The translations under genes and the position numbers were made by a program. A model generated the notes under the pieces. That model saw nothing but the letters and a program-made list of their open reading frames with translations, was not told the origin of the DNA and did no database searches. A DNA stretch of 63,578 nt, the filler included, from Chiloscyllium plagiosum (lineage: Eukaryota): assembly GCF_004010195.1 (NCBI RefSeq). It is 4 parts of 2 records of this genome, joined end to end, with 100 filler letters (N's around TTAATTAATTAA, not from the genome) between each part and the next. Parts side by side here need not be neighbours in the genome. Positions count along the whole stretch, not along the records: positions 16,820 to 48,187 come from NC_057716.1; 3 more parts are not named here. One strand, written 5' to 3'. The stretch's first letter is position 1, and every line of letters starts with the position of its first letter. This document shows, in pieces, positions 37,601 through 48,287 of the stretch.

Positions 37601-39491
37601 ATCAGATTAGCCAGAGAAGCCTCCCCAAGGACAGAGGGCCTACCCACTGGGGGGCAGGATCCCACTTATAACCAATTTCACCCCACATGGGTGCTAATTG
37701 GAGTGTGTTGAATTCAAGTTGACAAACCCCTCACGCACCCCATAAAATGCAGTCCTTTGTGTCCGTAGAGCTTTTTGCACCAGTGCAAAGGCCTCCAACA
37801 GTTGACCCTTGTCCAATATACCACCACTCATTTCTAGATCCTCTTACAGTACCCACCTCCCACTCCCCAAACCTTAGACGTACTGGGGCCAATTGTTAAA
37901 AACTCATCCATTCCCCACCCACCATATCTCTTGCTGCACTGCAATAAGACCAGGGTTGGAATACAGAATCTGCAAGGCCCTGTTTGTAAACTTCAATACC
38001 ATTCGATTTAGCACGGCTAAATCGTCGGCTAACTACTTCACCAGCTATTTGGATGCAGTGACTACTGGGGATGGGCAATATGATATTCGTCCAAAATCTC
38101 TGCGTCACCAGCTGAAATCCTGTTGTACTAGTGATAACCAGAACACTAAAACCATGTGGTTATTTAACTATTCAGTGGATGTGGAAGAGAGACAGATATA
38201 GAAAAGAGTTCTCAGAACAAATCCAGAGAACATGGTCTTGCTGTGAAGAAGACAGGGACTGTAACCCAGTCTACACATTGTGAGCAAATGGAATTGAGAT
38301 TACAATCCCAGGTGGGCAGAGATATTGCTCCTGACCTTCATGTGGGTAATAATGATTTAAAAGGTAATAATGATTCAATCTTCAGACTAACATTCATCCA
38401 GATGCTATTTCCCCTTTTGTTTGCAAACATCTTTTTGATCAGTATAATACCCATCGAAGAAAGCAGCGTAGATATATCATTAAATATAGTGATGCAGGTC
38501 CACTGCATATTTAAAAAAGTATAGCATTATGCAATCAAGCTCTGTGAAAACATCAACAAATATCATAGTAAGGATTTGTTAATCTTGATAAAAAGAAGTG
38601 TCCATTCTACAGGCTGGTTCACATTAAAGACTCAAGGTCAAAACTGCAAATAGCTTCCCCCCGATCCACGCCCATGTCCCGCACGACTCAGAGCCAGAGA
38701 CTCAGCTTGAAGAACTGTTCTTACTGAAACTTAATGAAATGCCAAAGACAATTTGCAAAAAGACTACTTTTCTGGGCATTTTGCTGAGCATGCAGTCATT
38801 TGGGTGAATGTACAATGGTGTAATCATAACAACTTGCACCATTACCACAGGAAAATAGCCTAAGGTGATTTGAAGAAAAAAATGTCAGAAGGAGGACATT
38901 TTAGGAGACTTGGCCAATAACCTGGTCATGGACTTGGATTTTATGCTGTGACCAGGAGAAAAGAAATGGAGAGCTTTAGGAGAGGGAAGATGTAGCTCAA
39001 AAAAAAACTGTATTTCAGGACTGCAGAGTGTTCCAGTTTGGTAACTTTTAAAAATTTATTATTTCAATGGATTCTCACCTATCCCTAACTGCTCTTGACA
39101 AAGTGATGGTGAGCAGCCTTCTTGAATCACTGCAGTCTATGGGGTATAGGGACACCCACAATGCTGTGAGGGAGGTCCAGGATTTTGTTACAGTGACACT
39201 GAAGGAATGGCGCGTGGTTTGGAGGGGAACTTGCAGGTGGTAGTGTTCCCATGTATATGCTACCCTTGTCTATCCAGATGATAGGGGCCTCAGTGAATTT
39301 CTACAGTGTATCTTGTAGATGATGGAGGAAGTGAATGTTTAAGATGGTGAATGGGATACTTGCCAAGCAGCTTGTTTTGTCCTCGATGGTGTCAAGCTCC
39401 TTCAGTGTTGTTGGGGCTGAATCCATCCAGGCAAGTGAGGAGTATTCCACCACACTCCTAACTTGTACCTTGCAGATGGTGGACAGACTTT

Positions 39492-40419
39492 TATTATGAG
39501 GATGTGGGTGTACTTTAAGAGTTAAAAGCAACAGAACTACCAGACATAGCACCAAGTGTTCTTAATAAGATAGGAGAAAGTGAGGTCTGCAGATGCTGGA
39601 GATCAGAGCTCAAAATGTGTTGCTGGAAAAGCGCAGCAGGTCAGGCAGCATCCAGGGAACAGGAGAATCGACGTTTCAGGCATAAGCCCTTCTTCAGGAA
39701 TTCCTGAAGAAGGGCTTATGCCCGAAATGTCGATTCTCCTGTTCCCTGGATGCTGCCTGACCTGCTGCGCTTTTCCAGCAACACATTTTCAGTTCTCAAT
39801 AAGATAACAATGTAGTACTTGGTCGAACAACTAGATTAGCTTGTTGCTTGGAGACAAAACCAAATTTGAATTTGACCAATCAGTTTAAATTATACCCGAA
39901 GAAACCAAACTCCAATCCAGTTTGAATTGCGTATATTGACAATCTTAAAAACCAATGACACATGATTTGGGGGTCTGAGACTGGGGAAAATTGAACAGTT
40001 GAGAGGAGAACTGCCGAGCCCCGGCGGGTAAAAGACTGTCTGAAAAATAGTTCTCATAAAAGTATCTTTTTGAATAGTAACCTGTGACGCAGAAATTCCT
40101 AAAAAGAAGATGACACAGGAAGATCCAAATAGAAGAACCGGAAGCTGCCTGGTTTTGAGATAAGAAGGGTTGTTTTGTAAATCTTAATTGGGAGTTTTAT
40201 TGGACTAGTATTATAGAAGGGAAGGTAAAAGTTAAGTTAGAGGAAGAACTTGGACATGGTTGTTAGTTAATTATTCTCTGTTATACTTTAAGAAATAAAG
40301 TTAATTTTTACTTTAAATAGTTCTTGGCCACTCAAATTTCACAGATTACTGCACGGGATAAAACCTTACTGTGTTGCTGGTTTTATATTAAGCAGGTGGG
40401 TTCACCCTGTGTTGTAACA
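39492..40419 (+). mobile_element. Solo LTR (Gypsy/ERV-like)
   Basis: T(A)TTATGA...TTGTAACA termini, 4-bp duplication CTTT (39488-39491, 40420-40423), internal AATAAA at about 40294. Confidence 0.7.
39573..39791. mobile_element. Fold-back Penelope terminal element with back-to-back hammerhead cores
   Basis: 89-bp arms 39612-39700 and 39701-39789 with 2 mismatches, a 39-nt tail, and a 15-bp duplication GTTCT(T/C)AATAAGATA at 39558-39572 and 39792-39806. Confidence 0.9.
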
Positions 40420-40529
40420 CTTTGGTGAGTTACTCGCTGCAAGAATCCTAGCCTCTGACCTGGAGTGAGGTGGGATATGTCAAGATTTATAAAGGATGGG
40501 AATTTTAAACTTTAGATATAAATGTAAAA

Positions 40530-40710
40530 CTTGTCATAGTCCCAGAGGATTAAAGGAGTGCTCTGTGAGACAGAGGTGACTTCTGATGAATTTAACCTGA
40601 AGTGAGGGGCAATATCAAGAAGGTAGGACCCATTATGGGAATTCAGATTTTGCTGTTGCCATCACTATACATCTTAAATCAACCATCCAGCCCACTGAGC
40701 TAACTGGCCA
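40530..40710 (-). mobile_element. Degenerate tRNA-derived SINE (not HE1)
   Basis: Minus strand starts GGCCAGTTAGCTCAGTGG (A box) with a degenerate B box. Confidence 0.55.
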
Positions 40711-40804
40711 CCTCCATTGAGTTAGCAATGACAAGGTACATTTTGGATAGCAGAGATTTGGAGATGGAGTTTTTCGAAAGTCTATGTGAAGAAAGCTTGA
40801 GAAG

Positions 40805-41008
40805 AAGATGGGTGACTGGAGAAGCTGAGAAGATGAAACCATTAAGTGTGAGAGTGTGGTTCTTTGTGACAGACAGGAGACAGGCCTGTACTGCGCTGTA
40901 TTCTTCTATGTTCTATGTTCTATGTTCTAAGATGGGTGACTGGAGAAGCTGAGAAGATGAAACCATTAAGTGTGAGAGTGTGGTTCTTTGTGACAGACAG
41001 GAGACAGG
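40805..41008 (+). repeat. 80-bp perfect direct duplication flanking a 44-bp CR1 3' tail
   Basis: 40805-40884 equals 40929-41008; the spacer is CCTGTACTGCGCTGTATTC followed by TTCTATG repeats. Confidence 0.92.
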
Positions 41009-41370
41009 ATCAGATGTGGCTTCAGAATTAGATAGAATGTTAGGAGGACATATTGTCTGAGGCATTGGGTCAGCGAGAAGATAGGCTTGGCAGTACAGGA
41101 GTTGGAATGAAGGCAATGGCTCCAGCTATGCTAACATCTGTCAGGATAAAAGGACAGCTACACACCGGATGCTGAATAAGCCGGTGGCTATTCAGTGGAA
41201 GTAGAAGATCTGAGAGGGACAATGGTGAGGTAGGAGCTGGCTGTCATGAGCATTCTATAACCATGTTTGGAGGAGATTTTGTGAAATACGTGGGAAGGTT
41301 ATTCAGTTAAAGGACTCAACAGTGAATCCTGATAATCTTGGAAATTAGCATTTCCAACAGGACTTTAAAC

Positions 41371-42322
41371 TAGCGAGCTTTGAGAAGATTTGTAACTCAG
41401 GTTGAGGTTCTAGATGTAAGTTTGCTCACTGAGCTGGAAGGTTCATTTTCAGACATTTCGTCACCATACTGGGTAACATCATCAGTGAGCCTCTGGTGAA
41501 GCACTGGTGGTATGGCCTGCTTTTTTTTAATGTGTTTAGGTTTCCTTAGGGTGGTGATGTCATTGCCTGTTCTTTTTCTCAGGGGGTGATAAATGCGATC
41601 CAGTCAAAGTGTTTGTTGATAGAGTTCTGGTTGGAGTATCATGCCTCTAGGAATTCTCGCGCGTGTCTCTGTTTGGCTTGACCTAGGGTGGATGTGTTGT
41701 CCCAGTTGAAGTGATGTCCTTCTTCATCCATATGTAAGGATACTAGTGAAAGTGGGTCATGTTGGTTTGTGGCTAGTTTTCTGCCCGTTGACCAATGTAG
41801 TGTTTGTTACAGTCCTTGCAAGGTATTTTGTAAATGACATTAGTTTTGTTTGTTGTTTGCTCGTTACAATAAGCAGAACAAATGTCATTTACAAAATACC
41901 TTGCAAGAACTGTAATAAACACTACATTAGACAAACAGGCAGAAAACTAGCCACCAAGATACATGAACATCTCACTAGTATCTTTACATACAGATGAAGA
42001 AGGACACCACTTCGACTGGGACAACACATCCATCCTAGGACAAGCCAAACAGCGACACACACGAGAATCCCTAGAAGCATGACACTCCAACGGGAACTCT
42101 ATCAACAAACACATTGATTTGATCCCATTAACCACCCCTTGAGAAAAAGAACAGGAAATGACATTACCACAGAAAATTACATCACCAACCCAAGGAAACT
42201 AAACAGATAAATAGTGGATCATACCAGTAGTGCTTCACCGGAGGCTCACTGATGTTACCTAGTATGGTGACGAAATGTCTGAAAATGAACTTTCCAGCTA
42301 AGTGAGCAAACTTACATCCAGA
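41371..42322. mobile_element. Fold-back Penelope-like element (GIY-YIG and 3' end on both arms)
   Basis: NVIYKIPCKNCNKHYIRQTGRKL...HEH; arms about 41409-41855 and 41866-42322; 38-nt tail at left; possible duplication GACTTTAA (41361, 42321). Confidence 0.88.
41449..41488 (-). ncRNA. Minimal hammerhead ribozyme motif (third family)
   Basis: UCA-CUGAUGA-U-GUUACC(CAGUAU)GGUGAC-GAAA-UG-UC-UGA; 6-bp stem II, 3-bp stem I. Confidence 0.7.
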
Positions 42323-44031
42323 CTTTAACATATTTTAAATGTTTAAGACAACTGGCAAAACCTCAAATAGGTGGGGATGAGGATTTTTATTTTTACTCAG
42401 TGAGTTGTGAAGGCTGCTGGGCGCATTATGGGAGCAACTTTCAACAGGGAATGTGTCCTGTACATTAAAATGAGAATTTTACGATGCCACAGGAAAGGGA
42501 ATGGAAGATTTTTTTCAAAATGTGGGGAGAGGAAATGCACACTCCAATTATATATGATCCTAATTGATTCTAACTGCATAAACCTGCGCAGGTAGAATCC
42601 ATCCTCGTTTTTGTTAACTGTATCAACTGAGATTAAGTATGTGGAGGGTTCTAATTGTATGGTTACTTGAGCACATATAAAGACACACTTGCAGACACAG
42701 GTTGAGGGTCAGGTTCGGAGGTATATACCTGTAAAGCAGCTCTCTATGAATAAATGTATGTTTCTTCCTTCACTGACTATCTATCAGGACTAAAACACCT
42801 TTGTGTTTTATAAAAAATATTTGCTATTCTGCTATTTTATTTCCTTGGGTTTGTTCGGTGGAAGCTCACCAGGAGCTTTACAGACTATGCATAAAGTTGC
42901 TTTTTAACTTAAAATGAGGGCAAAATATAAACTAGCAATCCCTGTTATTTTTTTCGTGATTAACTGCCTGTATTGATTGCTCTGATCAAAATGCAATAAT
43001 TGCTTTTCCTGCCCATTAACTTCCCCAAATCTTATATTGCCAGCAAATATGTGTGTTTGTGTTTACACAGTGTGCACACATAACTACATTAAAAAAATCC
43101 ATCTTGGAGATGCTTATGTTGAGAGCTACCCTGTTGTGACCCGTTGAGTTCCTGAACAATCAGAGCCATCAACTTGCCCTTAATCAAGTCGGCTGCACTC
43201 ACTGGAATGGGTGACACAAACCTACAGTCTTGTGTGAACCAGTCCTTGTCAAAGTAATACACTCATGCAAAATACAGCTGAGGAGCGGAGACAATGTTTC
43301 ATTAACAAACACTTCAGCATTAATAAGTTACTCTCTATTAAACAGATATAAAACTTGTTCAAGTGTTTTTCTTTTTTAAAAAAAACATTAGTCATATGTC
43401 ATGCAATCCTAGAAAGAGTTCAAGCAGGCACACTGTGCGGTATAATCTGCATGCATGCTACACTGCATGTGCTTCCTACATCAGTCTGGATTAGATGCCT
43501 TGGTCACTGAGTGATATGCTCCGCAGACCGTATTCACAGGTCAAGAAACACTGATGGGAGCATCTGCTCCAAATATTGTACAGGATACAAACCAATTCCA
43601 CCTTCTAAAGCAATAAAGGCAATTAATCTGCATGAAATTGATATGTAACTGCGATAAAACAAGCCGTTTTTGGATCCACGGCCCTCGCGGAAGGAAGTCC
43701 TGAAATATTTTGCACCTATTTACCATTTTGCAGCATCCTTGTTTCCCGGAGGGTTACGCAGTTCAATGTAAACCAATGTTTACCGATGCATATTAGGACT
43801 TGTCACATTAAAACAATCTAAAATGGCTGCTGAAGGTCAATATGTTGGCACAAAACCCTCAGTTTAAGGTTAGAAAAAGAATATATTAACTGAAGCAAAC
43901 TCCTGAACATTGCACCCTGTGACGCAGCGAGGTCACAAATCCTACCGAGTGGAAAACCTGCAGAGTGTCACCAGACTCCCCTGAGAGGTCTGTACAATGT
44001 TCCACTATTTTCTGAGATAGCACCAGAACAG

Positions 44032-44121
44032 CTACACTTCTGGCATAGAAGTGTTTTTGCTGAGGTCCTTAATTCCCTGGAGAATTCGCTTCATGTGGCC
44101 CACTTTCGTTATCCCCAGATC
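44032..44121 (-). CDS. DGKH: Last coding exon of a type II diacylglycerol kinase (end of SAM domain), most like DGK eta
   Basis: Polypyrimidine tract and CAG acceptor at 44122-44140; encodes DLGITKVGHMKRILQGIKDLSKNTSMPEV*. ILQG and the terminal EV favour eta over delta, but the paralogue is not certain from 29 aa. Confidence 0.8.
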   Translation of the reverse strand, partial: DLGITKVGHMKRILQGIKDLSKNTSMPEV

Positions 44122-44579
44122 CTGAAAGAAGAAAGAGAAATGAATGGATGTTTGCCTCACAGCTTTATGGTGACATAATATTTTCACAGAAACTCCAAGG
44201 CATACACTGAAGCCATGCGATGACAAGGCATCTGTGTTGGTCAGATCAAAATCTCAATATTGCAGACAACAAAAGAACAAAAGATGAACAAAGTTAAAAC
44301 AACCTGCCCTTCTGTTTCAGTCATTGTGTATGTCATCGCATATATCATTCTAAGTGGACTTGGATTGGTTGCCTTTAAAGACCTTTGATCCAGGCTGGTT
44401 CTGAATTCTTTACTTCTTCTGGAGATGCATAAGTATTTGTCCCAGTGCTTTTAGTCTCCTGGTCTGCTCGTACTCCATGTATCTCTAATCCCAAATTTCT
44501 TGGGTTGCCCCTCCCACCCTCGGAATCTTGTGATAGAAAGAACAGGGAAATCTCTACCATGCCTGTCATAGCAGCACAC

Positions 44580-44960
44580 TGCTCCAAAGTGCTAAAGCAA
44601 ACAAATGAAAGCAATTGTAGTCACTGTTGCAACGTAGGAACTGCAGCAGACAATTTGGAACAATAAGATCCAATGAACAGCAGTGCGATAATGACCAGAC
44701 CATCTGTTTTTTGGGATGTGGATTGATGGATAAAGATTGGCCAAAACACCAATTGGCTTCCTTGGAAATAGAATCATGGGAGAGCCATCTGAGAATTTTG
44801 GTTTAATGAATTATTCAAACAACAGCATCGCTGACAGTGCAGATCTCCCTCAGTACTGCACTCGTGGGTCAGGTGAACAATACATACAACACGGTCTGGA
44901 GTGGGACATGGATATGCATTCTTTAACGCAGAAGTAAGAATGCTGCCACTGAGCAACACC
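44580..44960 (-). mobile_element. Deu-domain SINE (SacSINE1-like) in the DGK last intron
   Basis: tRNA-like head GCTCAGTGGCAGCA...GTCCCACTCCAGA, then TGGCCAATCTTTATCCATCAA...CTGGTCATTATCGCACTGCTGTT. Confidence 0.75.
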
Positions 44961-45105
44961 TTGCCCTGCAAAGGATGCAACCTTTCTTCAGTTGCCTCCA
45001 CCCATTCACTTCAGATAAAACACTGGGGGTCAGTGGACTGAGCCCACACTCGAGGCAGACAGTTGCGGGCTGGAGAATTGGCTCTGAATTTATCCAAAGC
45101 TAGGG

Positions 45106-45318
45106 TACTCCTTGAAACGAGTATCAAAGACTCGACAGCTTTACTCCAAAGAACAAGAAGGCATTCTTTAGCGGCTTGGTCAGCATTCTTTCCTCTCACT
45201 GTCAACAACTCCTCCGACTTTCGTATCATACTCCTTGAAACGAGTATCAAAGACTCGACAGCTTTACTCCAAAGAACAAGAAGGCATTCTTTAGCGGCTT
45301 GGTCAGCATTCTTTCCTC
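45106..45318. repeat. 90-bp perfect direct duplication with a 33-bp CR1-derived filler
   Basis: 45106-45195 equals 45229-45318; the filler reverse complement encodes DTKVGGVVDS. Confidence 0.92.
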
Positions 45319-46249
45319 ATTAAAATTAGATGAACCTATCATTGGGGAAGCGCTTCTGCACAAAATGAAACTATAATTCCTATACAACATTTTTCACTCT
45401 GACTGTTCATACTGAAATGTATAAAACCCACATATGAAAGCATTATAGGTGGCCACGTCTTGCCTGGGTGGGCATCTTATGGTCTGTTCTGTTTGACATG
45501 TTCATCTCCTCCATCATTGGAAAACAATTTTGCTGTCCAGACTGCTGGAAGTGTGAACTGATAACTGCACCAGGGATGGTAATGGGACCTCAGTGAACAA
45601 TACAGACTACCTCCACAACCAATAAGATTTAAAGATTGAGAAATAACCAGAGGAGAGGCTGGGATGAAAGGTGGATTACAGTCAAATCAGGTGCAGAAGG
45701 AGACATAAAGAGAGGGAGAAAGAGATTTGATTAATGGAAAGAAAAACGATTTAGGCAGGAAAAGTAAGAATAAAATTCGGAACTTAAAAAGTGACACATT
45801 TAAAATCTCCAAATTCTTGAAGGAATTAGAATCCACACATCTAATTGTTCATTTGTTTGGCAAGGTAAGTTGATTGGTAGTCTTCAATAGTTACCACAAC
45901 GTTAAAAGGCCACATGCACTGTTAACCCGCAAATTACCTTCCCATGGTTTGCTGAATAGACTGCAGCTACAATATAAAAATCACAGGGAGGTTTGGGTGA
46001 GGGATGAGAAGTAATGTTTGTAAAGCTAACATTCAAATAGTGCAAACTGAACAGCAAACTGCAATTCATGGGGTAGCTATTCCTCACCACAAATGCCTGT
46101 ACGGTTTGTGCACACATAACCGGGTACATCAATCATACTACTGTTGTCATTTCAGCAAATGCAATGTTGGTTTTTAATCTCCAGGAGCTTTCTCTATAGT
46201 AATAGCAGAATACGCTATATGTCAATATATGTGTGTCCAGTATGTTTGA

Positions 46250-46810
46250 GTTGGGTTTGATTTATTCTTGTCACATACATCGTGATACAGTGAAAAGTAT
46301 TGCTTTAATGCTCAACAGGCTGATCGTATCATACAAATGCATCAGGGTAGCAGAATAGAGTGCAAATTACAGTGATACAGCAGCAGAAGGTGTATAGAGA
46401 GAGAGAGAGAGATCAACATCAATATTTGAGAGGTCTGTTCAAAAGTCTAATAACAGCAGGAAAGAAGTTGTTCTTCAATCTGTTCATATGTGTATTTAAA
46501 CTTTTATATTTTCTGCCTGACAGAAGAGGGTGGAAGTGAATATAACTGGGGTGACAGAAGTATTAGGCTACTTTTCTGAGGCAGCGGGAAGTACAGATGG
46601 AGTCAATATATGGAAGGCTGGTTTGTGTTTTGGACTGGGTTGTGTTCATGACTCTCCATAGTTTCTTGCGGTCTTGAGAAGAACAGTTGCCATATCACAC
46701 TGTGATGCCTTCTATGGTGCATCTATAAAAATAAGAGTCGATTTCCTTAGCCTCCTGAGGAAGTAGAGGCATTGTTGTGCTTTCTTGACCACCTTGTCGA
46801 CATGGTTGCG
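46250..46810 (-). mobile_element. Rex1/Babar-like LINE 3' fragment
   Basis: VKKAQQCLYFLRRL on the minus strand at about 46745-46790; AATAAA near the 3' end. Confidence 0.6.
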
Positions 46811-47249
46811 TCTCTAATTCAGACATCCCCAAAGCAAAGGGCTGCAATGCAGTCACACAACTTCAGACTGCTGTGTTTGGAGATCAAAGCCAAGTTGGGG
46901 TGTTAGGGTATATCTGAGTATTGAAACCAGCCTGAAGTCTGTTTGAAACAAACCTACTTCCAGAAGTCCAAAGGGGGGGGGGAGGTTTTAAGAATCAGTG
47001 GATTAATGAGAGATTGATACACCTCTTAAATTGGAACTCTGCTCAGATGAAGATTTGCAATAACATAAAACCCAACTGCTAGAGAGGGTAACCAGAAATG
47101 CAACCATTCAGAAAAATGTGATTTAGGTTCTGGAATAGATTTTATCCTCACTCTTTCCCTGCTTAACCTCTTTCAATAAGACCCAGACTAAACAAGTCAT
47201 TCAAAAGAAACAGAGCTCAAAGTCTGAGACTCCTCAGAACTCAGCTTAG

Positions 47250-48187
47250 GAACATAAGAGAGGATTTTGGCTATTGGCCCCTCAAGACTACTTTTGTTAT
47301 TCTAGAACTCTATCGATCTGTTTTGAACTTACTTATTGAATAAGATTCCATAGCCCGTCATAAAAGTAGAGGTTTCCAAAACATCACCACTATCTGAGTG
47401 AGGAAATACCTCCCTTTCTCAGTTCGAAGTGGTCCTTTTATTCTGCTACAGTGTCCCCTGGTTTTAGACCCTGCAGCCAGTGGAAATATCCTTCCTGCGT
47501 CTCCACTGTTTATCCCTTTGGGTATTTTGTTATGTTTCTATGAGATCATCACTCATGCTTTTAAACTACAGTCCCAGTCTACTCAATCTCTCCTCACTGG
47601 ACAAATCCCATCCCTGGCATCAGTACGATGAACTGCATCTGCATTTCCTTGATATTAAATAGATCATTCCTCAGGCAAGAGGACTGCGCACTAGACCCTA
47701 GCTTGGTACTCACCAGTTCTATACAAAACTGAAGGAAAACGTCTTTGCTCCTATACTCAAATTCTCTTGCAACAAAAGCTAATATATTATTTGCCTTCCA
47801 AATTATTTGCTGCACACACATGCTAGCTTTCAGTGATTTAGAACATAGAACATAGAACAATACAGCACAGAACAGGCCCTTCGGCCCACGATGTTGTGCC
47901 GAACATTTGTCCTAGTTTAAGCACCCATCCATGTACCTATCCAATTGCCGCTTAAAGGTCACCAAAGATTCTGACTCTACCACTCCCACAGGCAGCGCAT
48001 TCCATGCCCCACCACTCTCTGGGTAAAGAACCCACCCCTGACATCTCCCCTATACCTTCCATCCTTCACCTTAAATTTATGTCCCCTTGTAACACTCTGT
48101 TGTACCCGGGGAAAAAGTTTCTGACTGTCTACTCTATCTATACCTCTGATCATCTTATAAACCTCTAGCAAGTCACCCCTCATCCTT
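47250..48187 (-). mobile_element. Old CR1 3' fragment with a young CR1 3' end inserted at about 47839-48187
   Basis: KANNILAFV; RGDLLEVYK...FFTQRVV; (TTCTATG)n tail. Confidence 0.85.
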
Positions 48188-48287
48188 NNNNNNNNNNNNN
48201 NNNNNNNNNNNNNNNNNNNNNNNNNNNNNNNTTAATTAATTAANNNNNNNNNNNNNNNNNNNNNNNNNNNNNNNNNNNNNNNNNNNN
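48188..48287. other. Artificial contig linker
   Basis: 44 N + TTAATTAATTAA (48232-48243) + 44 N. Confidence 0.97.

Larger units (their letters stand above)
39050..40465 (-). mobile_element. Old non-LTR retrotransposon fragment (CR1/L2 group) split by a solo LTR
   Basis: CKVQVRSVVEYSSLAWMDSAPTTLKELDTIEDK; sequence continues after 40423. Confidence 0.65.
31091..44031 (-). other. Inferred long 3' UTR of the DGK gene
   Basis: Lies downstream of the stop codon, is AT-rich and has far fewer CR1 copies than 1-30.6 kb. The extent is inference only. Confidence 0.45.

Noticed and set aside
45106..45318. Repeat-spacer-repeat patterns (also 40805-41008 and 55274-55483) as CRISPR-like arrays
   Set aside because: Eukaryotic context, no cas genes, only two long repeats or a tandem minisatellite, and the spacers are LINE-derived.
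45011..45340. Possible alternative DGK exon in the CpG-richer intronic segment
   Set aside because: No convincing acceptor/donor pair or recognisable protein similarity.
46396..46412. (GA)n, (AAT)n at about 49718, and G-runs
   Set aside because: Ordinary short microsatellites and homopolymers.
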